A stretch of 64,000 nucleotides of DNA from an uncultured virus (IMG/VR IMGVR_UViG_3300030104_003374) (Duplodnaviria > Heunggongvirae > Uroviricota > Caudoviricetes), in IMG/VR virus record IMGVR_UViG_3300030104_003374. One strand, written 5' to 3'. This document shows positions 50,001 to 60,700 of this stretch, in pieces (the first letter of the stretch is position 1; each line of letters starts with the position of its first letter). The translations under genes and the position numbers were made by a program. The notes below the pieces were generated by a model. It was given only the letters and a program-made list of their open reading frames with translations, searched no databases and was not told where the DNA came from.

Positions 50001-50655
50001 AAGTGATGGGATAACTTTTGCTGCAGATAATGGTGAAGGAACAATCAATTATAAGTATGATGATAAAACAAAAGTTTATAGTTCAAGTGCTGTATATAAT
50101 GTATTTGATCCTGAAAACTTAGGTTATGAAACATATCGTTATGAACAAACATATAATGAGGGAGACTTTGAATATGATTATAATCAATTTTTACTAACTG
50201 CTAATCAGTATGAAGAGAATAATAGAACTATTTTTAATACTGTACTTACATCAGATGACGGTAAACTTTTACATGGAGGAAAGACTCCAAGAGAAGCTAT
50301 GAATGAAGGAAACTATGATGATATGAGATTTTATTTAAATGAATTTAAATATACAGATGAGGGTAGATTATATTGGAACTATGATCAAAATGTATTAAAT
50401 CCTACAAAAGTAAAAAGTTATGGGAATGAAGAGTTCCAAGATAGTGGTAGATTTGCACGTCCATCTCAAATTATGATGGCTGATGGAAATGTAAATGATA
50501 TGTCTAACAGACTAAGACAACTAGAAAGAACCTTGCCTCCAGGTGCAGAAATGTATGATAGAGCAGCTTCTTATCAAGAAGGAGGAGGTGTAGGAGATAG
50601 AATCTATGAAACAGATGTTATTGCCAATGTTACTTATGATAACTTATTAAAATAA
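47089..50655 (+). CDS. large helical ejected cargo protein
   Basis: 1188 aa, helical, no Cys seen; position in cargo block. Confidence 0.6.
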   Translation: MATYLQGVTDFIPQYQPYTPDLNFFDQALKTKQNQYDSNWKQLNKIYGQYYYADLTRDGNIKKKDELVKNIDFNLRRISGMDLSLQSNVDQAVQVFTPFYEDNALMKDMAWTKNWNSENGRAESLRTAYNPEKRKEYWNTGQKYLQYKREEFKNASDDAAMSMGSPVYTPYLNVQDEARKIAKEAGLSMETFKFSKDGRFIITTKNGQQLQRPLSMLFENSLGNDPRVQEIYKTQSYVNRKDYAKGNAAEFDGDEAAAEMKYLENNYNVLKRNQQKYYNSLVTTENEYDKAIADLQQKVKANKASPKEVIKLQDLEYNRKVNNDAKTRIEKEYEDFKNGSSTATTTSGFQNPYADINTLRFKVDAGVASSLMRKDLGEAAQIHSMKGMRQTIKQNPYEVLRQRHANSMAQISARGKIQRDNIKYNNDRKQALAEQKFLTSIGAIEPVVKKYKVIRGKDGQPVKLFEGQSYEGIDYKGIPVQEQVGIQGYVPTENNVRTKKGAKGTTIADESGRAKIESKKEFIKQTELIPMYKQMNQLLTNKLPALSANNKMSQEKYKELTEGAKISKLLEQNTDASYEQLARIYNNVNKWNSKNDQILTDGSQFPDLFNSGKAIQLNTAEQVRNDVHDYYAKFNDSAGIRSLFTGLNNEAQEALKIGNRALFESAMRNQGGIDKLGSTAGQDFSQGSLAIGADGKVYVETSQAVREAGMGSGLVSLWKKGMREFNKLSDADSDWQIKDEAFGFDVDLLGVGKRMADGRYMEDAVDAFDYYQQRYRKLNEANNGEGGVMPIFKNMGQFSDPNNLYSEGMSVIDVRGSGYGEGGRAWDNFKTGDWTKFDNATWRFSINGEDAKSYKDFSPSQKFSDLTKGMAITNAWIDYQEKKKVDFEFGFNPIVESSGLREGVNIQMDPEFIKSITASNKEGTNGIVTQAEAQLLLANGMSISAPNNTFNNDLAIGSKIDPVDYAIRKAGSDGITFAADNGEGTINYKYDDKTKVYSSSAVYNVFDPENLGYETYRYEQTYNEGDFEYDYNQFLLTANQYEENNRTIFNTVLTSDDGKLLHGGKTPREAMNEGNYDDMRFYLNEFKYTDEGRLYWNYDQNVLNPTKVKSYGNEEFQDSGRFARPSQIMMADGNVNDMSNRLRQLERTLPPGAEMYDRAASYQEGGGVGDRIYETDVIANVTYDNLLK

Positions 50656-50660
50656 AAAAC

Positions 50661-53600
50661 ATGGCTGAAGAAACACCTATAAGTCCATTAGATCCTCTTG
50701 GTCCAGAATTTGGAGGAATAGAGCCACCAAAATTAGATGCTCAAAGCTATGAACCATTTGAAGGAGATAGATTAGTAGATCCTAATCCTATCATACCTGA
50801 TATGACTTTACCTCAAGTACGTACACAAACTTATGGTCCAGGCTATCCTCCTAATAAACCACCTAAAAGAAGAGGAGGTGTAAAATCTATTTCAGAGATA
50901 AGAAAAGAATCCGCAGCTATAGGTGAAGTAGCAGCTGCTAGAATGAGTACAAAAAATAATCCAAATACTTATTCTAATATATATTCTTATAAAGATAGTC
51001 CTTCTAATGGAGACGCTTTCTATAAGCGTTATCTTGCATTGGGAGAAGAGGAAGTTCAAGAGTTAGGGTTTACTCCTTTCCGTGATAATGAAGGTCTTTA
51101 TTCAGAACATGGTAGTAAAGCGGCCCAATGGGGTAGACATCTTAGCATGTTTGGAAATATTTGGGCAGATGCTTTTGTAAGTGGACCTAAAAGTTTATAT
51201 AGAGGTTTAGTACAAGGTGATTGGGGTTCAGATCCTGATGCTGCAAGAAGACAAGAAGAATACAATGCTATTGGTCAAATAAATACTGGTGGTTGGGATG
51301 CAGGTGTATGGAATGGTATTCATGATTTTATAGGAAATACTTCTTTATCTGCAGCTTATACTATTGGTATTGCATCTGAAATATTACTAGAAGAACTAGC
51401 TATTATGGCAGCAACTCCTTTTACAGCAGGAGCCTCTCAAGCTGGGCAACTTAATGTAGCAAGAAATGTAGGAAGACTTTTTAAAGGAACAAAAGCTGCA
51501 TCTTTAAGTAATAGTGTAAGAAAAATAAATAATGCAGTAGGTGCTAATAAATATTGGCAAGCTAGTAAAGGTTTAAGAAACTTTATTAATCCTTTAGAAA
51601 ATACAGTAAAGGCTGCCCGTTCTATAAAGAAAGCAGATAACTTAAGTGATCTAGCTAAGATAAGTAGAACAGCTGGAGGATTCTATAGAGATGTTAGAAA
51701 TATTAATGCAAGTTTAGCTGAAGCTAGATTAGAAGGAGGTAGTACAGAGAACGCAACTTATGATAGACTTTATAATGACTATTGGTTTGCTAATGGAGAG
51801 GTTCCGCCTGATGATATGCAAGCTGACTTTCTTAAACAAGCAAAGCAAGCAGGTGTAGAAGCTATGCAATGGAACTTTGGACTTATATATGCAAGTAATA
51901 AAATGGTGTTTCCTAATTTATTTAGATCTGGTACAGGACTAAAAGGTATAGTAGGAAACAAAATAGATGATATCATTAATCTTAAAGATGGAAAACTACT
52001 CTTTAAACAAGCAGGTAAAGCTGGTGCAAAAGCATCCTATCAATATTTACCTAATGGTTTTAGAAGTACTATGAAATCATTTGCTAGAGATCCTCTAAGA
52101 AAATCTCTTGTAGGAGCAGCATCATATTTTAGAGCAAATGTAATGGAAGGTTTTCAAGAAGTTGGTCAAGAAACAATATCTAGCGCTCTTCAAAATTATT
52201 ATGTAGATAGTTTTAAATCTCAACGTAAATCACAATTTGATACAGGTAAAGGTATTGCTGATGCTTTAACTAAAACTGAATACTTTAAAGATGCAATGAC
52301 TGATCAATTTAGTGCACAAGGTTTTGAAACATTTGCATCAGGTTTTTTCATGGGTACTTTTGGAAAAGCTTTCAATGCTGGTACAGGAGCATTAGGAATT
52401 GGTTATAAAAAGTATTTATCTGGGAATAGAGCAGAGTATAATGACTATGTTGAAAAGAGAGCTAACTACGGAAATAGAGCAGCTCAACATCTTACTGCAC
52501 TAGCTGCTAATCCTGATGTCTTTTTTAATGCTAAAGCATTTAATTTTACAACTCAAGCAAAAGCGGCTCAAGCTCTCAAAGGAGAGAAAAATACTATGAC
52601 TGTACAGGATGTTATGAATGATGCTTTTACTCAGCATATTCAAACAACTTTAAGAGAAGGAACCTTGCCTGTATTTTTAGATCATTTAAAAGGATTTCAA
52701 GATACAAGTGTTGAAGAATTTGAAGATGCTTTTGGATTTGAAAGAGGTACTGGTGAGCAATATCAAGCACGTATACCTGAAATAGTTAAGAAAGCTGAAA
52801 GAATGAACTCCAGAAATAAATATATGCGGGAGCGCTTTCAAAATAGACCAAGAGCTTTACTAAAAAATTATAAAGAAGGTAGTCCTGAATACAGGGAGTT
52901 ACAAATTTTAGCAAGATCTTGGGATGATGCTTTAGATATGTCAGTCATATTAAATGAAAATTATGACCAGGCTCTTGAGAGAATGCAGAAGATAGAGAAG
53001 TCTTTAGTTTCTGAAGGACCTGTTAAGAATATGACTTCTTCTCAAGCAAATGTTTTACTTCAAGATGGTATTAGATTATCTGAAATAAATTTATTAAAGA
53101 ATGAAATAGAAGCTTTAAAAGAAACTGAAACAGAAGAGGGTAAGAAACTATTAAAGCAAAAACAAGATTCATTAGAAATACTAGAAGAGTTTCAACAAGC
53201 TAAAAAAGAGTATGATGAAACTTTACGTGAGACAGGTGATCCTGAAGAAGTAGGAAGAAAACAAAATGAAGCAAAGGAACGCTTAAGAGGAGTATACAAA
53301 AAATACTTAGAAGATGTTGCAGATGGTGATATTGTATTTAATGAGAAAGCTGATGATGCTTTTGATAAAATAGTTGATTATTATACTCTTGATGAAACCG
53401 GTAGAAAGATGGCAGAAGCTGTTAATCTATTACATGATCCTGAATTTTTCTTAGAACAAGTTGAAAGAAATAAAGTATGGATGACTGATATGTATAATAA
53501 TAGAGCTGAGTACTATGAACAAGAAGTACAAAGAGCCCTTAATGCTAATGTTTACAATACTTTACTAAATACTTTATGGGATAATGGATATGGTTTAGAA

Positions 53601-56600
53601 TTAAAGGATGTTAAAAATTTTATGGAAAATGATGTAGATCCTCCATACTTTATTGATGTTCAACGTAAACAAATCATACCTAAAGGAACAGATACATATA
53701 ATAGATTAATGCAAGTTCTTTATGCAGCTAAAGCTTTAACAAAAGATAATGAAACTCAAAATCAAAAGTATAGTCGTAGATTACAGCAAGAACTTGATGC
53801 TTTAAATAAACAAGAGCAAGATGAATTAGCGAGACTTCCTAGAACAGTTAAAGAATCTTTAGCCCTAGAAATTAATCCTGATCCTAATACTTCAAGTTTT
53901 AACATTTCAAAAATAAAAAACTTAACTGTTGATGGTGATAGAATAGAAGCTGTTGTTTCTCAAGATAAAAAATCAAGAAAGGTTACATATGTAAATAAAG
54001 AAGGTAAACTTTTTGAAGGAGCAGACTTAGTTGACAATGAAGATTTAGGATATACTAAAGCTCTTGTTTATAGATTTAAAGAAGACTATGAGAATCCTAA
54101 AGATGCCCAAGACATAATGGCAAAATATGAAACTCTTAGAGAAGAAGCTATTGAAAAGTATGGTGATATTAAACAAGAAGTAGATCCTGAGATAGCTAGT
54201 TTTTTTAGTCAACCTACTGCTGCTAAATTAAAAGAAATTGATCCTAACTTATATCAAGGTTTAGTTGAAATTTATCAAAAAAATAATCCAGAAGCTTTTG
54301 ACTTTATTGAAAGTGAGGACCAATTAGATAATGCGCTTGATTCTTTCTTAGCTCAAGAAATAAATACTAACTCCGATATTAAAAATTTATTAAAAGACTT
54401 AGTAGCTGAAATGGACAATGTTTCAGAACAAGTAATAATAGATAGTCCTTTTGATAGAGTAGATTTGTTTGAAGGATATTTTATTGATACAGAAGATTAT
54501 AAAGATTTTAAAAATCATGAAAAGGATATAAAAAAATTAATTGACCTTGGACAAAAATTAGATAGTGAAAATGCTACTTGGAATGTAGCAAGAAGTATTG
54601 CTGTTGTTGACGGTAGAGAAATAGTAGAAATTGAAACATCTACTGGTGATAAATTTTTAATGTATAAATCTAAAGGTGAAGGAACAGGTATTCAATCTAA
54701 AGGTGAATGGGTTCCTTTTGCTGGATTTGCAAAAAATGGATGGTTTGTAAAAACATTATATGATACTTCTACAGGAGAGTTTGGACCAACTCTTCCTGTA
54801 ACAGATGTTAATAATCCTAAGTTTAATAAGTGGGGATCAAAAACATTTGAACAAATTGCAAATGCTTTAACTGAAAAAGGAGCTCAAGCAGAACAACCTA
54901 CTGTAGAAAAAACTATGGCTTCTGCAGAAAAGATTTCAAACAAGTTTGCAGAGCAATTTAAAGAAGAAAAGAAAGATGATACAGGTTTAACTGCTAATGA
55001 AAAAGCTTTTCAAGCTAAAAATTTGGAAACTCTAGGTAAAAGAATAGATCTTTTAAATCAACAACAAGAAATTGCATCTAGAGATATAGTTCAAATAGAA
55101 GATACTTTAGCTTACTTAAATGAATTATTAGATACAACTGTTGATTTAACTAAGAATCAAATGCAAGATCTTATTAATAAGATAGAAAATCTTGATAAGG
55201 TTACTGCAGATTTAATTAAATCTAATCAAAAGAAAAGAGCAGAAAAAGTAGGGGAAAGAATTCCTGAACTAAGAAGTCAAATAAGAACTGAGTTTACTAC
55301 AGCAAATGATATTCTTGATAGAATAAATGAACTTAAAGAAGAATCTAAACAACTTGAAATAATAAAAGAAGATTTAAAAAAGCAAGCTGACTACTATACA
55401 AACTTGCTTAAAGATCCTTCTATGAAGACTTTTGGTACAGCTGACATTGAATCTAAAATTAAAAAAGTAAAAGGTAAGATATCTACCATAGAAAAACTTA
55501 TAAGAGCTGTTAAGAATGCTATATCTAAATCCATAGCTTATTTAAAAGAGTATGTAGGTATATGGAATAAAGCTGATAAAGCTTATAGAAGTGTTAAACA
55601 AAAAGCTGGAATAAGTGCTCCTACTATAATAGATCCTAAAACAGGTTTAACTAAAATAAATCCAGAGTCTGATATTAGTGTTCCTGAGACAAGAGCAGAA
55701 TTAAAGAAGTTAGAATCTGATGTACTGGAAAGTATAGAAGATATAGAAATGTTAGAAGGAGTAAAAGAAATTGAAGATAATAGACTTAATCAATTACAAA
55801 AAGCTTTAAGAAAGTATGATGATCAATTAAGATATCTTAATGATTTATTAGTTCCTGTAAAAAAAGATAAGGTATCTGATAAAGTAAAAAGTAAAAATTT
55901 ACAAGAAAAGATAAATAAATCTAAACCAAAAGTTTCAGTTACTAAAAAAGCTAGTGAGAAAATACAAAAGAAAAAAGAACAAATTACAGAAAAAATTAAA
56001 CAAGTCTTTAAACCTCAACAAAGAAGAACAGATGTAAAAGAACCAAATATTACTAGTGTAAAACTAGCTAATAATAAAACTTTATCTGATTTAACTATTA
56101 ATCAATTAATACAGGTTGAGGGTCAGTTAGAAAGAAAAGTTGAAGAAGCTAAAAAAGCAGAAGAAAAAAGTGGAGCAGATACAAGTAGAAGTGCTTTTCT
56201 TGAGAATGATTTAAATAGACTTAGAGAATATATTAAAGAAGTTAGAACTCCAGTTGAAGTAAAAACAGCCCCTGTTAAAACTAAATCTAAAGGAACTACT
56301 CAACAAGTTAAAGATATAGCTCTTACTCCAGAGTTTAAAGAAACTATTAGACAGATTCAAGCTAATAAAAACTTTGTTAAGCTTGATGAAAATGGTGAGT
56401 TTTATATTAATGAAAAAACTAATAAGAAACTTAAAAGAGTTAGTAATATAATATCTGTTAAACCTGAAGATAGTAAATTACTTAAATCTGCTCAAACTAT
56501 TGGAACTAAAGTAGATGAGTTAGTAAGAGACTTTTTTGCAGGAAATCTTAAGCAGAACTTAGCTGATTATAAGTTAACTGATAATGTTCAAGTTGTTGAA

Positions 56601-57707
56601 GATTTTCTTAAACAATTAGAAAATACCGCTTTATATAAAAAGATTAAAGATGGTTCTGAGATTATGCTAGCAAATGATATAGTTGTTTATAATGATGATC
56701 TAGGTGTTGCTGGAACAGTTGATTTACTTACCTATGATAAAAATGGAAATGTCCGTATCTATGATATGAAGACAATGAGAGGAGATAACTTTACTGAAAA
56801 GTATAAAGGAGATACTAAGAATAAATATGAAAGTACAAAGTTTGGTAAGTCTAAAAAGCAAAAGCATACTGAGCAGTTATCTATGTATAGAATATTACTA
56901 AATAATACACATGGTTTAAGAGCTAATACTTTAGGAGTTATGCCTATATCTATTATGTATAAAGAAGGTGATACTCAAACTTCTCAATTACAGTTAATGA
57001 AAGGACAGGGCTTTGCTCCGGTTGCTATAAGACAAGCTAAGTTAACTGATCCAAGAAAAATAGATACTTTAGTTAGAGAAAGAAAAGATCTTACTGGAAA
57101 AGATTTAAAAGAAATTAATGATTTTAAAAATGATATTGTAAAAGCTAATGCTGAAAGACTAGATGAATTAGAATTAGAATTAGCTATGGATGCTGATGTT
57201 AGTATTGCTGGTTTAGAAGCTTTACAAGAACTTATTAATCAAAGACGTGAGGATTTAAGTAGTGCTCCTATATATGATATAGCAGATGCTCCCCCTGTTA
57301 TAGGTAAGCCGGGGATGAAGTTTGCTGTTGTAAACCAAACTAGAATAAATCCTGCAGATAATAAGAGTGCTATGTTAGAGAAAAATGATGTGGTTACTTG
57401 GGTTAAATCAGATGCTAAATCTATTACATTAAGAAAGGATGAAAATGGGAAAAGTACAGAATATAATGTTAACTTTGATCAGATCAAAAATTATATAAAC
57501 GTGGAAGAATTAAATAAAGCAAATGCTCAAGAGGTAGAGGTAAAAGTTAAACCTGCAGAAATTAATAACTCTAATAATAATCAAGAAAATATACAGAGTA
57601 TGATTGCTGATCCTAAACAAATGGCAAAATTAGCTGAAGAAGGTAAAAACAAAACTGCTGCAGAAATAGCAGCTGAATTATTTAATGAGGAAAGCGATTG
57701 TAAGTAA
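50661..57707 (+). CDS. giant ejected protein with membrane-spanning region, coiled coils and C-terminal PD-(D/E)XK nuclease domain
   Basis: 2348 aa; hydrophobic helices with EGFQEVGQE; AGTVDLL..IYDMKT..QLSMY. Confidence 0.7.
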   Translation: MAEETPISPLDPLGPEFGGIEPPKLDAQSYEPFEGDRLVDPNPIIPDMTLPQVRTQTYGPGYPPNKPPKRRGGVKSISEIRKESAAIGEVAAARMSTKNNPNTYSNIYSYKDSPSNGDAFYKRYLALGEEEVQELGFTPFRDNEGLYSEHGSKAAQWGRHLSMFGNIWADAFVSGPKSLYRGLVQGDWGSDPDAARRQEEYNAIGQINTGGWDAGVWNGIHDFIGNTSLSAAYTIGIASEILLEELAIMAATPFTAGASQAGQLNVARNVGRLFKGTKAASLSNSVRKINNAVGANKYWQASKGLRNFINPLENTVKAARSIKKADNLSDLAKISRTAGGFYRDVRNINASLAEARLEGGSTENATYDRLYNDYWFANGEVPPDDMQADFLKQAKQAGVEAMQWNFGLIYASNKMVFPNLFRSGTGLKGIVGNKIDDIINLKDGKLLFKQAGKAGAKASYQYLPNGFRSTMKSFARDPLRKSLVGAASYFRANVMEGFQEVGQETISSALQNYYVDSFKSQRKSQFDTGKGIADALTKTEYFKDAMTDQFSAQGFETFASGFFMGTFGKAFNAGTGALGIGYKKYLSGNRAEYNDYVEKRANYGNRAAQHLTALAANPDVFFNAKAFNFTTQAKAAQALKGEKNTMTVQDVMNDAFTQHIQTTLREGTLPVFLDHLKGFQDTSVEEFEDAFGFERGTGEQYQARIPEIVKKAERMNSRNKYMRERFQNRPRALLKNYKEGSPEYRELQILARSWDDALDMSVILNENYDQALERMQKIEKSLVSEGPVKNMTSSQANVLLQDGIRLSEINLLKNEIEALKETETEEGKKLLKQKQDSLEILEEFQQAKKEYDETLRETGDPEEVGRKQNEAKERLRGVYKKYLEDVADGDIVFNEKADDAFDKIVDYYTLDETGRKMAEAVNLLHDPEFFLEQVERNKVWMTDMYNNRAEYYEQEVQRALNANVYNTLLNTLWDNGYGLELKDVKNFMENDVDPPYFIDVQRKQIIPKGTDTYNRLMQVLYAAKALTKDNETQNQKYSRRLQQELDALNKQEQDELARLPRTVKESLALEINPDPNTSSFNISKIKNLTVDGDRIEAVVSQDKKSRKVTYVNKEGKLFEGADLVDNEDLGYTKALVYRFKEDYENPKDAQDIMAKYETLREEAIEKYGDIKQEVDPEIASFFSQPTAAKLKEIDPNLYQGLVEIYQKNNPEAFDFIESEDQLDNALDSFLAQEINTNSDIKNLLKDLVAEMDNVSEQVIIDSPFDRVDLFEGYFIDTEDYKDFKNHEKDIKKLIDLGQKLDSENATWNVARSIAVVDGREIVEIETSTGDKFLMYKSKGEGTGIQSKGEWVPFAGFAKNGWFVKTLYDTSTGEFGPTLPVTDVNNPKFNKWGSKTFEQIANALTEKGAQAEQPTVEKTMASAEKISNKFAEQFKEEKKDDTGLTANEKAFQAKNLETLGKRIDLLNQQQEIASRDIVQIEDTLAYLNELLDTTVDLTKNQMQDLINKIENLDKVTADLIKSNQKKRAEKVGERIPELRSQIRTEFTTANDILDRINELKEESKQLEIIKEDLKKQADYYTNLLKDPSMKTFGTADIESKIKKVKGKISTIEKLIRAVKNAISKSIAYLKEYVGIWNKADKAYRSVKQKAGISAPTIIDPKTGLTKINPESDISVPETRAELKKLESDVLESIEDIEMLEGVKEIEDNRLNQLQKALRKYDDQLRYLNDLLVPVKKDKVSDKVKSKNLQEKINKSKPKVSVTKKASEKIQKKKEQITEKIKQVFKPQQRRTDVKEPNITSVKLANNKTLSDLTINQLIQVEGQLERKVEEAKKAEEKSGADTSRSAFLENDLNRLREYIKEVRTPVEVKTAPVKTKSKGTTQQVKDIALTPEFKETIRQIQANKNFVKLDENGEFYINEKTNKKLKRVSNIISVKPEDSKLLKSAQTIGTKVDELVRDFFAGNLKQNLADYKLTDNVQVVEDFLKQLENTALYKKIKDGSEIMLANDIVVYNDDLGVAGTVDLLTYDKNGNVRIYDMKTMRGDNFTEKYKGDTKNKYESTKFGKSKKQKHTEQLSMYRILLNNTHGLRANTLGVMPISIMYKEGDTQTSQLQLMKGQGFAPVAIRQAKLTDPRKIDTLVRERKDLTGKDLKEINDFKNDIVKANAERLDELELELAMDADVSIAGLEALQELINQRREDLSSAPIYDIADAPPVIGKPGMKFAVVNQTRINPADNKSAMLEKNDVVTWVKSDAKSITLRKDENGKSTEYNVNFDQIKNYINVEELNKANAQEVEVKVKPAEINNSNNNQENIQSMIADPKQMAKLAEEGKNKTAAEIAAELFNEESDCK

Positions 57708-57719
57708 AAAAATATAGTT

Positions 57720-60700
57720 ATGAAACTAGCTTGTGCACCAAGTGTAAAGAGAATAAAATCTCTTATACAATATATACAAAAAGGTATAGATGAAAAAGGT
57801 AAAGATATCAACCTTAATAGAACTATGCAGTTTATTTTTGATGGTAGAAAGGCAGCTCAAGATAAAGCAAATGAAAATCTTCCTGACAGTCAAAAGCTTG
57901 ATTCCACTATAGTAGCGGCTGAGTTAGTAAAGCATGTTCCGTTTATTGCGGTCAATGACTTGATGAGAAGAAATATACAAACTAATAAAATACAAGACTT
58001 TTATAATGCTCATATTCTTTTTAATAATCCTGAAACAGGTTTAGAGAATATTATAAAACAATTTACTATTGACGTAAATAGAGCACAAGCTGCTGTACAA
58101 ACTAGTAATAAAGCTGCAAATACAGAATCTCAAAATAGTACAGATCAAGCAAATGAAAAAGTAGATGTAACTCCTCCTGTAAGATTAAAAACATTTTCTC
58201 CACTGACCGGAACTATTACACCTTTTGTTAAGATAAATCCTAATAACAATCAAGTTACTATTGAGAAAGAAGATAAGAATAAAACAACTATAATAAATAC
58301 ATTAAATGCTTTAAGTTTAGAAAACCAAAAGGGAAATGGTTTATATGATTTTATATATCAAGGTACTAGACTAAAACTTAAAGCTGTTAACTTAAATAAA
58401 TTTAATAATCAAAAAGATTTTGTAGCTGATAAAAAATACTTAGATGAATTAGATAGTACTACAAGACAAGAAGTATTACGTTCAAGAAAATTAGTAGGTT
58501 CTAAAAAGAATGTTGAAGGAGTTCTTCAAGAAAATGATAGAGCTATATTAGTGGTTACTGATCAATACGGTTATCCTATTAGATTTAGTGAGGAGGGTAA
58601 TATATCTAGAGATGGTACAGGACAAATTGTATATCAATTCTTAAGAAGTGTAAAGAATGGAAAAGTTACTGATATATATGGTAGAGAAGAACAAATAGCT
58701 GATCCTTTAATAGTTTCTGAATCATTAGGTATAACATTTGAGGAAGCTAAAAAAAGAATAGATGAAGAGATTTCTGTACTAGAAAAGTTAAATGAAAGAG
58801 TAGTAAAAAATAAAGAAGATGTTATTTTAGATATAACAGGTTTAACTGAAGGAGTTTCTTCTACTCTAAGTGGTAAAAAAATTAAGATAAATAGTTTAGA
58901 AGTTTTACCAGGAATGACTGAAGCAAAGGCAAAAGGAATTGTCAAGTCAATAGAAATATCTCCAAATGATGCTATAGGTATTAAATCAGGTTTTCCTTTT
59001 GTAATGATTAATGGTAATCCATATGCAGTAGATAGACCAACAATTGAAAAAGAACTTGCAACAGAAATAGCAGAAGTCTTAACTAAAGATATACCTACTT
59101 CTGAAAGAGTTGATTTTATAGATCAGTTCTTACCTATTGCAAGTGCTAATGAATATGCAAAAGGAAGAAGGAGTTATAAATTAAATGCATCTGATAATGG
59201 TTCACTTTATTTTGAATTAAGAAATGGTCAAGTAATTAATTTATCCCCAAATAAACTATCTGATATAACTCAACAAGATAAAGATACTATTGTAGAAGCT
59301 TTAACTACTGGTTGGGAAAATAGAGGTGTAGGTAGCCCAATGAACTATAATAAAAAACTACTTAGTGAAAATAGTTATGACAGGTATGATATTAAAACGG
59401 GTAAGTTTAAAAGAGACCAAGACTATATTGAATTTTTAGGATCTCAAAATGCTGATATAACATTGAGTGATTTGGATGCAGGATTTTATAATCAGCTTAT
59501 TCAATTTGGTAATCCCGATAGTCAGATAAGTAAAGATGTAAACAAAGCTAATCAGAAAAGAGATACCAGAAGTACTAGAAAAAGAACTAAAGATAATTTA
59601 GTTGAATTTTTCCAAAACAATGAAGATACTAAAACTATACCTGTTAAGGTATCTTCACTGACTCAAGCAATGGCAAGACAAGATCAAAGAATGGCTTTAG
59701 AGAACCCTCTTACTGGTCCAATGTTGTCCACTGTTGTCCGAGATGTTAATACTCTTGTAGGAGTAGAAACAGGAGATACTGTTGAATTAAAAATAGTAAC
59801 AGAAGAAGATCCTGATTTTTATCCAGATACTATTGGTGTTTATTTTAAAGGAAATAAAATAGCTGTTATAGCTGAAACTGATTTTGATAATGCTGCTGAA
59901 AAAGAAGCTTATTTAAAAAATCAAAAAGAAGAAGAAAAAATTATAACTAAAAATTTAAATAATGAGTATATAAGTAATACTTTATTATCTAAAACAAGTA
60001 GTTCAAATACTAATGCCGCTAATACATTTAAGTCAGGTAAACATTTTAGAAGAGGTTATTCTTTAAGTAAAGTTACTCAACAGCAAATTAATGATGCTAA
60101 AAAGTGGTGGGCTAATTCTCCTTTAAATAAATACATTGAATTAGATCCACTAATTAATGCTGTTAATTCAGATCAATTTGCAAGCTTTGTTATAAATGCA
60201 GCTGCTTTGGTTGATCCTAATGCACCATTAGCAAAGGTTGGGATAACTGCTAAAGGTACAGAAGTTGATTTATATCATGAAGCATGGCATGGGTTTACAC
60301 AATTATATTTAACTCAAAAACAAAAAGATGAGTTATATGCTGAAGTTAAAAAATTACCTAAGTATAAAAATAAATCTTCATTTGAAATAGAAGAAGCTTT
60401 AGCTGAAGATTTTAGAAACTATGCTAAGAATCCTAAAATAAAAAAAGGTAGACCTAAGCGTAATACAATATTTAGAAAGATCTTAAACTTTATAAATAAA
60501 TTACTTAATAAACTTCCTGGTATTAAAATAAATAATACAGATGCTAACATTGATGTATTAAGTATACCTAGTGTAAAAGAGTTATATGATAATCTTTATC
60601 TTGCTAGTTCTGATCCTAAGTATGCAGAACAAATAATGAATAACTATACTCCTCTTGTACAGAATACTTATTGGTATGAATTAAATAGAGGTATAAGAAG

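Noticed and set aside
810..58945. Minus-strand and nested ORFs in the track (e.g. 810-1100, 5537-5899, 10285-10632, 45064-45585, 58634-58945)
   Set aside because: Shadows of + strand genes with antisense-typical composition and no independent signals
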